Position numbers and translations under genes: made by a program. DNA of 64,000 nucleotides, from IMG/VR virus record IMGVR_UViG_3300021560_000015, positions 12,954 to 76,953 of that record; one strand, 5' to 3'. Position 1 is the first letter of the stretch. Each line of letters begins with the position of its first letter. This document shows, in pieces, positions 42,013 to 51,076 of the stretch. The notes under the pieces are model-generated. The model did not search any database and was not told the origin of the DNA. It was given only the letters and a program-made list of their open reading frames with translations. The stretch comes from a virus. Its lineage: Duplodnaviria; Caudoviricetes.

Positions 42013-43529
42013 TGCCCGCCCCGCTGCCGCCCGAGATCGAGGCCGTGCTCGACGGGCTCAAGGCCATCAACGGCCAGTGGATCGCGCGCTGCCCCTCCCA
42101 CGAGGATCGCAATCCCTCGCTCACCCTCAAGGTGGAAGAGGGCAAGCTGCTGGTGCACTGCCATGCAGGCTGTGATCCCAAGCTGGTGCTCGACGCGCTC
42201 GGCTACAAGCCGCCCAGGCGCGATGACGGCTTCGTGGACATCTACAACTACGTCGATGAGCACGGCACGTTGCTGTTTCAGGTGTGCCGGACATCGGATA
42301 AGCGCTTCCTGCAACGCCGGCCTGGCTTCGGTGGCGAGTGGATCTGGAAGTTGGAGAACACCAGGCGGGTGCTGTTCCGGCTACCTGAGCTGATCGAGGC
42401 CGATGGCGTTGTCTACATCGCGGAGGGCGAGCGCGATGTGCTGGCTCTGGTCGGCATTGGCAAGGTGGCCACCTGCAATCCGGGCGGAGCGGGCAAGTGG
42501 CGCCCTGAGTATGCGGAGCACTTCAAGGGCGCCAACGTCATCGTGTTCATCGACAAGGACCAGCCTGGTCGCGAACACGGCAAAACGATCGCGGCCAGCT
42601 TGGAAGGTGTGGCCGAGCACGTCTGGCTGCGCCAGGCCGCTGATCCGCACAAGGACATCGCGGCGCACCTAGCTGCTGGGCTCACCCTCGAGCAAACTCT
42701 CCCCGCCGTTCTCGATGACCCACCGGCGGAGATCCTCGGTCCGGATGACCTGCTGGACGTGATCAACTCGGTCGAGCCCGATCACGACTGGCTGGTCGAG
42801 GGGCTGCTGGAGAAGGGCAGCCGGCTGATCCTCACCGGATCCGAGGGGCTGGGCAAGAGCAGCTGGCTGCGTGCCTTCGGTGTCCAGCTGGCCGCTGGCA
42901 TCCACCCCGTCACCTTCGCGCACATCGAGCCCTTGCGCGTGCTGATGATAGACGCGGAAAACAGCCGCGGTCAGGTCCGCTTCGAGGCGCGTCACCAGGT
43001 CCGGCAGGCTCTTGCAATGGGGCGCCCACTGCGCGCAGGTATGTTCCGTGTAGTCATCGACCCGGCGGGATTGGACCTGACCCAGGACGCCGATGCCGAA
43101 TGGCTCTGCGAACAGGTGCAAAGTGTTCGACCGCATGTGCTCATTCTGGGCCCTGCCTATCGGTTGTACTGCGGCAATCCGAATGATGAGGAACTGGCTC
43201 GCAAACTGACCAAGGTGCTCGATCGGGCTCGTGAGCTGTGCGGCTGTGCGGTACTGCTCGAAGCCCACGCCGGCCATGCTGAGATCCCAGGCAAGCAGCG
43301 GCAGCTACGTCCGGCCGGCTCGAGTCTGTGGCTGCGTTGGCCGGAGTTTGGCTTTGGGCTGCGTCGTCGGGCTGGCGACACCGCGATGAACCCAGCCGAG
43401 ATCAGCCTCGAGGCCTGGCGTCCGCCGCGTGTCGGTGATACCTGCTGGCCGCAGGAGCTGGGATGGTCACACGAGTGGCGGGCATGGACGCCGTCATTGA
43501 CCCGAGCGGAGCAGATGGAGAGTTCATGA
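42012..43529 (+). CDS. Primase-helicase (zinc finger + Toprim + RepA/AAA_25-type helicase)
   Basis: CPSHED..PSL...HCHAGC; YIAEGE.D; D.D..G; Walker A GSEGLGKS; LMIDAEN. Confidence 0.9.
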   Translation: MPAPLPPEIEAVLDGLKAINGQWIARCPSHEDRNPSLTLKVEEGKLLVHCHAGCDPKLVLDALGYKPPRRDDGFVDIYNYVDEHGTLLFQVCRTSDKRFLQRRPGFGGEWIWKLENTRRVLFRLPELIEADGVVYIAEGERDVLALVGIGKVATCNPGGAGKWRPEYAEHFKGANVIVFIDKDQPGREHGKTIAASLEGVAEHVWLRQAADPHKDIAAHLAAGLTLEQTLPAVLDDPPAEILGPDDLLDVINSVEPDHDWLVEGLLEKGSRLILTGSEGLGKSSWLRAFGVQLAAGIHPVTFAHIEPLRVLMIDAENSRGQVRFEARHQVRQALAMGRPLRAGMFRVVIDPAGLDLTQDADAEWLCEQVQSVRPHVLILGPAYRLYCGNPNDEELARKLTKVLDRARELCGCAVLLEAHAGHAEIPGKQRQLRPAGSSLWLRWPEFGFGLRRRAGDTAMNPAEISLEAWRPPRVGDTCWPQELGWSHEWRAWTPSLTRAEQMESS

Positions 43530-43780
43530 CGGGTACCGAGGACATCCAGATGTGGGCCGGCCGGCACCTGGGCGTGCGGCACTTTGAACCGCTGTTCAGC
43601 TACAAGCATTTGCCTGAGCATCTGCAGCTGATCAGCCAGCCGTTCTCGGCGCTCGCGGAGAAGCTGCTCGCTGCTCTACAGGATGGCCAGGAGCTGTCGG
43701 TGTGCCTACGTAAGCTGCTCGAGGCCAAGGATGCCGCGGTGCGACAGGCGATGTTGGATCATGAAGGCATCACTGCCTGA
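43526..43780 (+). CDS. Small helical-hairpin protein
   Basis: F.Y.HLP.HLQ.IS.PF..LA...L....E....LRKLLEAKDAAVR. Confidence 0.75.
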   Translation: MTGTEDIQMWAGRHLGVRHFEPLFSYKHLPEHLQLISQPFSALAEKLLAALQDGQELSVCLRKLLEAKDAAVRQAMLDHEGITA

Positions 43781-44060
43781 GCACATCTGGACCGGCCACA
43801 TCGTCCAGCCCTGCCACTGGCCGGTCGCGGTGTACCGCGAGGAGCTGCACGAGCTGTGCTGGCGATATGGTCATGATCCAAAGCGGGTGGCCTGGATCGA
43901 GTACGACGTGATTGACGCTCCACTGTTCCGTTTCGCGGTCTTTGAGTGGAATGAGAACGATCGTCCCTACCTGGATCTAGAGACCGGAAAGGCGGCCATG
44001 CACTTCGATGAGCACCTGCTTGAGGGTCAGTTGCCCAGCTGGTGGCGGCCCAGTGCCTGA
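43761..44060 (+). CDS. Hypothetical protein
   Basis: 99 aa open frame overlapping both neighbours. Confidence 0.55.
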   Translation: MKASLPEHIWTGHIVQPCHWPVAVYREELHELCWRYGHDPKRVAWIEYDVIDAPLFRFAVFEWNENDRPYLDLETGKAAMHFDEHLLEGQLPSWWRPSA

Positions 44061-44262
44061 TTTCGAGTACGGCGTGCTGTGGCGGTACAAGGACGGCCGG
44101 GAGCACGTGGGAGGTGGCTACACGCTGGCCGGCGCACGCAATGAGGTCCGCGGGTGTGGCGGCAAGGGCTTCGAGCCCAAGGCGATCGAGGTGATGATGC
44201 GACCCACCGCGCGGTGGCGCCCGTTCAGTCAGGGGCCGACCGAATCCGGATCGAGCTCATAG
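44053..44262 (+). CDS. Hypothetical protein
   Basis: GTG overlaps the upstream stop; EYGV.W...R...WRP. Confidence 0.5.
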   Translation: MPDFEYGVLWRYKDGREHVGGGYTLAGARNEVRGCGGKGFEPKAIEVMMRPTARWRPFSQGPTESGSSS

Positions 44263-44489
44263 GTGCTTAGGTTGCCCTGGTCGGTCACCAAGATCTGGAA
44301 CCACTTGCCACCTGGTGAGATGAGGATCAGCTTCGGCGCGACGATGACCGGTCTGCCGTTGGCCGGGGTCGAGAACATGTCATAGAGCATCGCCTGCATG
44401 CCAGGGTGATAGCCGTACCAGGCGTTCTCACCGTTCACGGCATCCGGCGGTGGGGTGATCTGGGTAGCGGGCGCTGCGGGCTGGGTCAT
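44229..44489 (-). CDS. Lone reverse-strand hypothetical protein
   Basis: LILISPGGKWFQILVTDQGNLST motif; ATG 44489. Confidence 0.55.
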   Translation of the reverse strand: MTQPAAPATQITPPPDAVNGENAWYGYHPGMQAMLYDMFSTPANGRPVIVAPKLILISPGGKWFQILVTDQGNLSTYELDPDSVGP

Positions 44490-44584
44490 GCCTCTAGCAT
44501 CAGCCTGCCCACCATCCGTGATCGCACCCCAACGCACCCGTCTGGTGGTCAAGGACGGGCTGCGCGGGGCGCGAGACTGAGGCT

Positions 44585-45397
44585 GTGGCAGTCATCCAGG
44601 GGGTGGACTACTCCTTCGACCATCCCACGCCGGCCGAGCTCCAGCAGGCGGGCAAGAAGTTCGCGTGTCGCTACGTCTATCCGCACAGCCAGGCACCCAA
44701 CACCAAGAACCTAACTCGAGCCGAGGCCACCGCACTGCAGGCTCATGGTGTCGAGGTGGTGTCCAACTTCGAGTCCACATCCGGGCGGGCAATGGCCGGC
44801 TTCAACGCCGGTCGGGACGATGCTCGTGTGGCCAGCCTGCAGCATGGTGAGTGCGGCGGACCCAAGGACCGGCCGATCTACTTCTCGGTGGATATCGACA
44901 CCGCTCCGAGTGATTACCCCAAGCTGGACCAGTACCTCAAGGGCGTGGCCAGCGTGCTCGGGGTGGCGCGCACCGGGGTGTACGGCGAGTACGACCTGGT
45001 CAAGCACGCGATGGACAACGGGCTGGTGGGCAGAAGCTCGAGCGCTGGCTTCTTCTGGGCCTGGCAGACCTACGCCTGGAGTGCTGGCAAGTACGACGAG
45101 CGATGCGCCTGCGCGCAGGACAAGAACAACGTCAAGCTGGGCTCGGGCACCGTGGACCTGGACAGTGCGCACTGCCCGGACTACGGACAGTGGGGATTCA
45201 AGGCAGTGACCAAACCACCGGTGAAGCCACCGGCCAAACCGCCCGTCAAGCCGCCGGCCAAACCACCCGACAAGCCCAGGCCCAAGGGCCAGGAGGTGGG
45301 CAAGGTCGGGGACACCCACCTGATCCTGTGGGACACCGGCGACCTGACAGTGCGCAAGGCCGGCAAGCACCTCTACACAGTGCCGAGAGGCAAATGA
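44585..45397 (+). CDS. Endolysin, DUF1906 (GH25-like TIM-barrel) glycoside hydrolase
   Basis: GVDY...AG..FACRY...KNLT..EA..L...G...V.NFE...PIYFSVD.D...TGVYG...WQT.AWS; KPP(V/A) linker x4. Confidence 0.85.
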   Translation: MAVIQGVDYSFDHPTPAELQQAGKKFACRYVYPHSQAPNTKNLTRAEATALQAHGVEVVSNFESTSGRAMAGFNAGRDDARVASLQHGECGGPKDRPIYFSVDIDTAPSDYPKLDQYLKGVASVLGVARTGVYGEYDLVKHAMDNGLVGRSSSAGFFWAWQTYAWSAGKYDERCACAQDKNNVKLGSGTVDLDSAHCPDYGQWGFKAVTKPPVKPPAKPPVKPPAKPPDKPRPKGQEVGKVGDTHLILWDTGDLTVRKAGKHLYTVPRGK

Positions 45398-45588
45398 GCA
45401 CCCAGTTCGGTCCGATCACCATCACCATGCCGCAGTGGTGCCAGTGGAACCACGCCCACAAGGAGCACTGGTGGGACTTCGGCAAGTACACCTATCGCTG
45501 CCCCGGTCTGAGTGAGACCGTTCGCCTGGAGCACGTGAACATCGGGGTGGACTACGGCGAATCCAGCGAAGACAACCCATCGAGTTAG
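45394..45588 (+). CDS. Hypothetical protein
   Basis: ATGA coupling; C..WNH.H..H...YRCPG. Confidence 0.5.
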   Translation: MSTQFGPITITMPQWCQWNHAHKEHWWDFGKYTYRCPGLSETVRLEHVNIGVDYGESSEDNPSS

Positions 45589-45597
45589 GAGCAAGAC

Positions 45598-45873
45598 ATG
45601 ACCGAGTCCGAAGAGACCGCAGCGGCCGATGAGGTCCCAGATGCTGATGTCACGCACCGCACCGGCTATGACGACCCGCCCGTTGCGATGCCCACCGATG
45701 GCCCGTTCGGGGTCGAGGGGCAGGACGAGGAAGTCGCAGCTGCCCAGGAAGCGGCCGCAGCCCAGAATGCGGCAACCCAGGAAGCCCTGACCGGCGACAA
45801 CCCGCCCGGTGCGGGTGGCTCGGTAGCCGGCGCTGAGGCCGCAGCAGAGGAAGAGCCAGCAGCCGAGGAGTAA
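45598..45873 (+). CDS. Acidic low-complexity protein
   Basis: SD AGGAG; E/A-rich. Confidence 0.65.
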   Translation: MTESEETAAADEVPDADVTHRTGYDDPPVAMPTDGPFGVEGQDEEVAAAQEAAAAQNAATQEALTGDNPPGAGGSVAGAEAAAEEEPAAEE

Positions 45874-45876
45874 GCG

Positions 45877-46251
45877 GTGGCCGAGGTCTATGGGCCCTAT
45901 CGAGGCAAGGTGCGCGACTGGCATGACGGTGACACCTGCCATCTCGACCTGGACCTAGGCTTCGGCCAGGCGCTGTTGGCCTACAACCCGATCACCGGTA
46001 AGCCACAGACCAGCGCACGCATCTACGGCATTGACGCACCAGAGCTGAACACCGAAGCCGGCAAGACGGCGTTGCGTGCCGCTGCTGGGCTGTGCCCACC
46101 GGGCACCATCGTGAATGTGCTGTCCCATGGTTGGGACAAGTACGGCGGGCGCTTCGATGCCAGCCTGATGCTGCCGGATGGTCAGAACTTCGCCACCGTG
46201 ATGGTCAACGCCGGGCATGCGGTCGAGTACTTCGGCGGGACTAAGGCATGA
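45877..46251 (+). CDS. Thermonuclease (SNase-like)
   Basis: V....DGDT...D.DLGF...RIYGIDAPE...DKYG.R...G.N....MV..GHA..Y.GG.K. Confidence 0.9.
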   Translation: MAEVYGPYRGKVRDWHDGDTCHLDLDLGFGQALLAYNPITGKPQTSARIYGIDAPELNTEAGKTALRAAAGLCPPGTIVNVLSHGWDKYGGRFDASLMLPDGQNFATVMVNAGHAVEYFGGTKA

Positions 46252-46616
46252 GCAGCGAACCGCGCACCGATGTGGGCGTCTATGGGGTGGTCGCCGGCAG
46301 TGCACTGTCCATCACGCTGACCAGCGTGGACAACAACAACAACCCCTATCCGCTGACCGGCTACGCCACCACCTGGACATCGCATCTACGGCCTTCCCCG
46401 CTGGGCAGCCCCACCATCAACTTCACGGTGGACTCGAGCAAGGCCGCTCAAGGCATCCTGGTGCTCAGCCTGACTGGGACCATCACCAACACGATGGACC
46501 TGACCACCGAGGGTGTGGCGAACTGGTATTTCGATGTGCAGGGCACCGGTGGGAGCGTGAGCCCGCAGACCCCATTCCGTGGCCGGGTGGATGTCTACCA
46601 GCCCTACACCCCCTAG
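46248..46616 (+). CDS. Virion structural protein (BppU-N-like Ig fold)
   Basis: G....I.....D.N..PY.LTGY...G...L.L....T...WYFDVQ.T...T...G.V.V. Confidence 0.55.
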   Translation: MSSEPRTDVGVYGVVAGSALSITLTSVDNNNNPYPLTGYATTWTSHLRPSPLGSPTINFTVDSSKAAQGILVLSLTGTITNTMDLTTEGVANWYFDVQGTGGSVSPQTPFRGRVDVYQPYTP

Positions 46617-46625
46617 GAGCAACGC

Positions 46626-46820
46626 GTGCCCGCCTACAACACCAGGGTCGTCTTCCCCAGTCCACCCACGGGACAGGTGATGGCGGGCGCGACCACGGTC
46701 CAGATCACGATGCTCGGCGGACCAGCTGGGCCACAGGGGCCGCAGGGTATTCCGGGCCCAGCCGGCCCACCGTCGATGTCCAAGGCCCAGGTCACCTCCT
46801 ATCAGATCGCGCTGGGCTAA
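46626..46820 (+). CDS. Small collagen-repeat tail protein
   Basis: GPAGPQGPQGIPGPAGP. Confidence 0.65.
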   Translation: MPAYNTRVVFPSPPTGQVMAGATTVQITMLGGPAGPQGPQGIPGPAGPPSMSKAQVTSYQIALG

Positions 46821-46823
46821 GCC

Positions 46824-49376
46824 ATGAAGACCGTGCTGAGCAACTACGTCTTCAACCCGGCAGCCAAGACCATCACCTTCCCGAACTACCCGCTGATGGC
46901 TGCCCAGGGTTCGATCCTGCTGGTGTCCAACACCACCCGCCGGGTCGACTACTACCTCTACAACGACGGCACCCTGACCGGCACCACTGCCGGCAATGTG
47001 CTCACGCTGGCCTACGACACCACCGGCCACAGTTCGACCGATGACCTACTCATCTACTACGACGACGGGTTGCAGTCCCAGCTGATGGCTGGCGTCCGCA
47101 AGGACTGGCACGACGAGTTCGACCAGGGCATCAGCCCCAACAACTGGACCACCGTCAACCCGGACGGGCACGTCATCACCTTGGGTGGCAACTCCGCCGG
47201 CTCCTGCTACGGGCGCATCTCACTCTCGCCGCTGCTGGAGTCCACCGAAGTCACCATCACCAGCAGGGAGACGTTCAACATTCCGATCCGCACCGGATTC
47301 GGGGTCAGCCTGTCCCAACGCATCGTTGGCCAGGAGATCTTCTACGGCATCGTCGGTGATGACGGTGCTGGCAATGTCGACTTCTCTGCGCCGCCGTGGA
47401 ATGGCGGCAACGACATGAACATGCCTGCTTCGGTCGTGGTGGCAGTGGCCAACGTGGTGCCCATCATCATCAACAGCCACGGTTTGAACAGCGGCGATCG
47501 GGTCAACATCTACGGTTGCCAAGACTCGCGGATCAACGCTGGCCCGATGGTGGTCACGGTGGTCGACCAGAACACCTTCAGCCTGCCCATAACCGCGGGC
47601 ATCGCGACCTACACCACCACCGGTGGCAAGGTCCGGCTGATCGACCAGTTCCGCTACGCCCTCAATGGCTCCGGCTATCTGATGGAAAACGCCATCGCCA
47701 CCAACGCCTCCGCGGTCACCCGGCGTAACGGCTCCAAGGCGCGCACCACCAACATCACCATCGCTACCTCTGGCGCGACCCAGACCAACGTTGGCCCGTA
47801 TGCGGATGCCTTCAACACCGGCAGCATCTACGAGGCCCAGTACACCGCAGAGGAGACCAGCTTCCGCTCCTTCCCTGCCGATGCCGGCACCGTGGCCAGC
47901 GCCGTGCAGAAGTACTCCCAGACGCTGCCCGACGAAACGCGGAACTACCACCTACACGTCCGCGCTCGCAATCTCGCCGGCTTCACCCGGCCGATCGCGC
48001 GCATCACCGCCATCGCCAAGACCGGCACTACCACGGCCACCGTGACCACCGATGTGCCACATGGGCTGACCACCCTGGACTGGATCCAGATCTACGGCGT
48101 GCGGGATCAGACCAACTTCCCCAACCTCGCGGTGGCGACTGCGGTGGCGAGCGTGGTGGACACCACCCACTTCACCGTGGTGATCGGTACCGCCAGCTCC
48201 ACCTCGAGCCTGGATGGCACGGTCTACCGGGTGCAGGGCGGCGTGCTGGCACCGGGCATCTTCGCCCAGGTCGCCCAATCACTGTCAGCCACCGCCAACA
48301 TCCTCACCGTGATCGGCAACGCGACCTGGACCACGCCGTTGCCTGGCGAGTTCATGTACCTCTACGGGCTGAACTCGGCAGTGTCTGCCTACGAGGGTGC
48401 CTACAAGGTGCTGCGAGTGTCCACCACGACGCTCGAGCTCGCGCCGGCCAGCGGCAGCCTGACACCCATCGCATCGACCAACACCGGCGGTGCGCTGATC
48501 CGGATGACCGACGTGCGGCTGCACTTCGCGCGCGTCTTCGACCACACCCGGCTACCCACCGAGATCATCGGCGGGCGCGGCAACAGCATCGACCTGAACA
48601 ACGCTGTCACCGTCTATGTCGGCTCCGGCGCTGTGTCCGCCTCACAATCCACCGGCATCAGCACCAGCCAGTGGAGCGCGGCCGGCTGGGGCGGCTTCCT
48701 GGTCGCGGACATCGCTTCTGCCGCGATCACCACGACCACCACTACGGCGGCGATCTCGCCTGGCTCGAACATCACCGTGGGCACCTACGCGCACTCGTTC
48801 AATATCGTGGTCACCGCGGCCACCGGTACCACGCCCACGATGGACGTGGTGGTGCAGGAGTCCATCGACAACGGCACCAACTGGATCGACGTATACCACT
48901 TCGAGCGGATCACCGCGGTGGGCTTCTACACCAGCCCGTTGATCCGCGCCCAGTACGGCACCCGCTATCGCTACGTGCAGACCATCGGCGGCACCACGCC
49001 CAGCTTCACGCGCGCGCTGAACCGGGTGGAGTTCTCCACACCAGGACTGAACCTGCGCCGTTTCTTCGACCGCACCGTGTCGCCCAACACGCTCAACTCG
49101 ACCACCGCGGTCTGGTACGTGGAGGGCTGCGACACCTTCCAGCTGACCGTCAACATGGGCGCAGCCACCACGCCGCCGCAGTTCCAGCTGCAGGGCAGCG
49201 AGGACGGCACTACCTGGTTCAACCTGGGCGCCGCGCTGACTTCGGTGGCCAGCTCCACCGTCAACGCGCTGGTCACCGGCGCGCTGCCCAAGCTGGCCCG
49301 AGTCAATGTCTCCAGCGCCGGCTCGGCGGCCACCCTGGGTTACGTCGCATTGAAGGCAGTCTCCAACAATGGTTAG
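46824..49376 (+). CDS. Large beta-rich tail/baseplate structural protein
   Basis: 850 aa, T/S/G/V-rich, Y.FNP.AKTITF N-terminal motif and repeated Ig/jelly-roll-like units. Confidence 0.7.
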   Translation: MKTVLSNYVFNPAAKTITFPNYPLMAAQGSILLVSNTTRRVDYYLYNDGTLTGTTAGNVLTLAYDTTGHSSTDDLLIYYDDGLQSQLMAGVRKDWHDEFDQGISPNNWTTVNPDGHVITLGGNSAGSCYGRISLSPLLESTEVTITSRETFNIPIRTGFGVSLSQRIVGQEIFYGIVGDDGAGNVDFSAPPWNGGNDMNMPASVVVAVANVVPIIINSHGLNSGDRVNIYGCQDSRINAGPMVVTVVDQNTFSLPITAGIATYTTTGGKVRLIDQFRYALNGSGYLMENAIATNASAVTRRNGSKARTTNITIATSGATQTNVGPYADAFNTGSIYEAQYTAEETSFRSFPADAGTVASAVQKYSQTLPDETRNYHLHVRARNLAGFTRPIARITAIAKTGTTTATVTTDVPHGLTTLDWIQIYGVRDQTNFPNLAVATAVASVVDTTHFTVVIGTASSTSSLDGTVYRVQGGVLAPGIFAQVAQSLSATANILTVIGNATWTTPLPGEFMYLYGLNSAVSAYEGAYKVLRVSTTTLELAPASGSLTPIASTNTGGALIRMTDVRLHFARVFDHTRLPTEIIGGRGNSIDLNNAVTVYVGSGAVSASQSTGISTSQWSAAGWGGFLVADIASAAITTTTTTAAISPGSNITVGTYAHSFNIVVTAATGTTPTMDVVVQESIDNGTNWIDVYHFERITAVGFYTSPLIRAQYGTRYRYVQTIGGTTPSFTRALNRVEFSTPGLNLRRFFDRTVSPNTLNSTTAVWYVEGCDTFQLTVNMGAATTPPQFQLQGSEDGTTWFNLGAALTSVASSTVNALVTGALPKLARVNVSSAGSAATLGYVALKAVSNNG

Positions 49377-49429
49377 CGCAAACGTGGAACACGGCTAATC
49401 TGGCCCCAACATGTACGGAGGGGGGCGTG

Positions 49430-49918
49430 ATGGCCAACGAGCTGCCGATGAGCGCGACGGTCACGCGCACACAGCTCGGCCTTCCGCCCCTACAGCTCAA
49501 TGACGGTGTGATCTACCGCTGCTCGACCAGCGCCTTCCTGGGTGGCCAGGTGCAGTGGACCCGCAACCAGGTCAGCTCCATCTACATCGACGGTTCGGTC
49601 ACGGTGGCCAGGCAGCGGCAGATCGTGAACGAGAACATCGCCTTCGAGGTCAGCGGCGTTGACGGCAACAACCTCAACGGCCCGCCCAATCAGAGCGCGT
49701 TCCAGAAGAACATGGCGGTGCTGATCGCGGCCTTTAGCCAGGACAGCTTCACCCTGGACCTGATCCTGGGCGACGTGAGCGAGGCCACGCACTACACCTA
49801 TCTGTGCGAAGCCGCCGACGTACAGGTCACCTGGACCACCCCACGCTTCGTGGCCAAGCAGGGCCTGGTCACCTTCACCGTGCCGCGCCAACCGGTGCCG
49901 GTAGCCGGGGGAGTGTGA
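49430..49918 (+). CDS. Distal tail protein (Dit)-like
   Basis: W.R..VSS.YIDG...V...F.V.G...L..AFSQ..F.L...Y.C..AD...F.VPR.P. Confidence 0.55.
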   Translation: MANELPMSATVTRTQLGLPPLQLNDGVIYRCSTSAFLGGQVQWTRNQVSSIYIDGSVTVARQRQIVNENIAFEVSGVDGNNLNGPPNQSAFQKNMAVLIAAFSQDSFTLDLILGDVSEATHYTYLCEAADVQVTWTTPRFVAKQGLVTFTVPRQPVPVAGGV

Positions 49919-50361
49919 TGGCCAGTTCGACCTATGGTTCGCAGCAGTGGGCAGCGCTGATGGTGGGCGTAGGCGCGCTGCCGGCCAGCTTCTACGTGGC
50001 GCTGTGCTTCGACGAGCCCGGCGAAGGCTGGGACGGCACTGTGCTGCAGACCCTCGAGCCGCCGGCGCTGGTGTCTACCGCCACCTACGCGCGGACGGCA
50101 CTGGGGCTGGGCTCGAGCAACTGGGCGATGGCCGATGCGGGCTACGCGACCACCACGGTGGCGGTCACCTTCCCCACCCCGGATGTGGACTGGGGGCAGA
50201 TGCCCTGGTTCGCGCTGACCGACAACGCCACCGCCGGCAACCTGTGGTGCTGGGAGCAGTTCACCGACATCCTGACCATCACCGCGGGCTCGACCATCGT
50301 GATCCCCGCCGGCTCGATCTCCATCGAGTTGGCCAACCTGCTGCCCTCGATCGCGGAGTAG
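49918..50361 (+). CDS. Minor tail protein, paralog 1
   Basis: YVAL....P...E.....YAR...TFP....WG....FAL.D..T.GN...I.AG...I.AGS..I. Confidence 0.7.
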   Translation: MASSTYGSQQWAALMVGVGALPASFYVALCFDEPGEGWDGTVLQTLEPPALVSTATYARTALGLGSSNWAMADAGYATTTVAVTFPTPDVDWGQMPWFALTDNATAGNLWCWEQFTDILTITAGSTIVIPAGSISIELANLLPSIAE

Positions 50362-50364
50362 GCG

Positions 50365-50745
50365 ATGGCTGCTGTCGGGATGACCACCTATGGCAAACAG
50401 CAGATGCTGGCCATCAGCACCGGGCTGTTGGCACCGCCCACTTTGTATCTAGCGCTGTGCACCACCAGTGGCGACCCATCCGGCACCGTCACCGAGCTCG
50501 CGGTGGCCAACTACACCCGCCAGCCGGTGCCGTTCTTCGCGGTGAGCGCAGACCAGATGGCCAACAGCGCCGACATCGTGTTCCTGGCACTCGGGCCGGG
50601 CAGCTTCCTCGGCGCCCAGCTGATTGATGCTCTCAGTGGCACCACGGTGTGGGCTTGGGTGGACCAGGCCAGCGCCTTCACCATCTCGGCGGGAGGGACC
50701 GACCTGACCTTCCCACTCGGCACGCTCACCCTGACGAGGACCTGA
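50365..50745 (+). CDS. Minor tail protein, paralog 2
   Basis: LYLAL.T...E....NY.RQ.V.F...N...I.F...L.F..G.L.L. Confidence 0.7.
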   Translation: MAAVGMTTYGKQQMLAISTGLLAPPTLYLALCTTSGDPSGTVTELAVANYTRQPVPFFAVSADQMANSADIVFLALGPGSFLGAQLIDALSGTTVWAWVDQASAFTISAGGTDLTFPLGTLTLTRT

Positions 50746-50900
50746 TGAGACGGCGCATCGGATTGTGGTTCTGCGAGCACCTGGGCTGGCACCCGCAGCG
50801 CTATGTCGTGCCCAGCGGCTGCGACGGTTGCTCGTTTGAAGCGATCTGCATGCGCTGTGGCTATGAGGGGCTGCTGGATAGCAACGGGGATCTGTTCTGA
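50745..50900 (+). CDS. 51-aa Cys-rich peptide
   Basis: FCE.LGWH...C.GC...C.RC; TGATG coupling on both sides. Confidence 0.55.
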   Translation: MRRRIGLWFCEHLGWHPQRYVVPSGCDGCSFEAICMRCGYEGLLDSNGDLF

Positions 50901-51076
50901 TGGCCAAAGTGACCGCGCCGGCCTTGGCGTTCCAGGACAGCTTCACGATGGCCATGGCACTGGCCGCGCCCACCGTCGGGCTGCACACCCTAGATCAACC
51001 GCCGCAGCCGGTGATTATGGCGGTCAAGATCCACGCTCGGCTGGTGGTGCTGAATCCGAGTGAGGCGGGGTCCTGA
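50900..51076 (+). CDS. 58-aa hypothetical protein
   Basis: Manual translation; TGATG overlaps at both ends. Confidence 0.5.
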   Translation: MAKVTAPALAFQDSFTMAMALAAPTVGLHTLDQPPQPVIMAVKIHARLVVLNPSEAGS

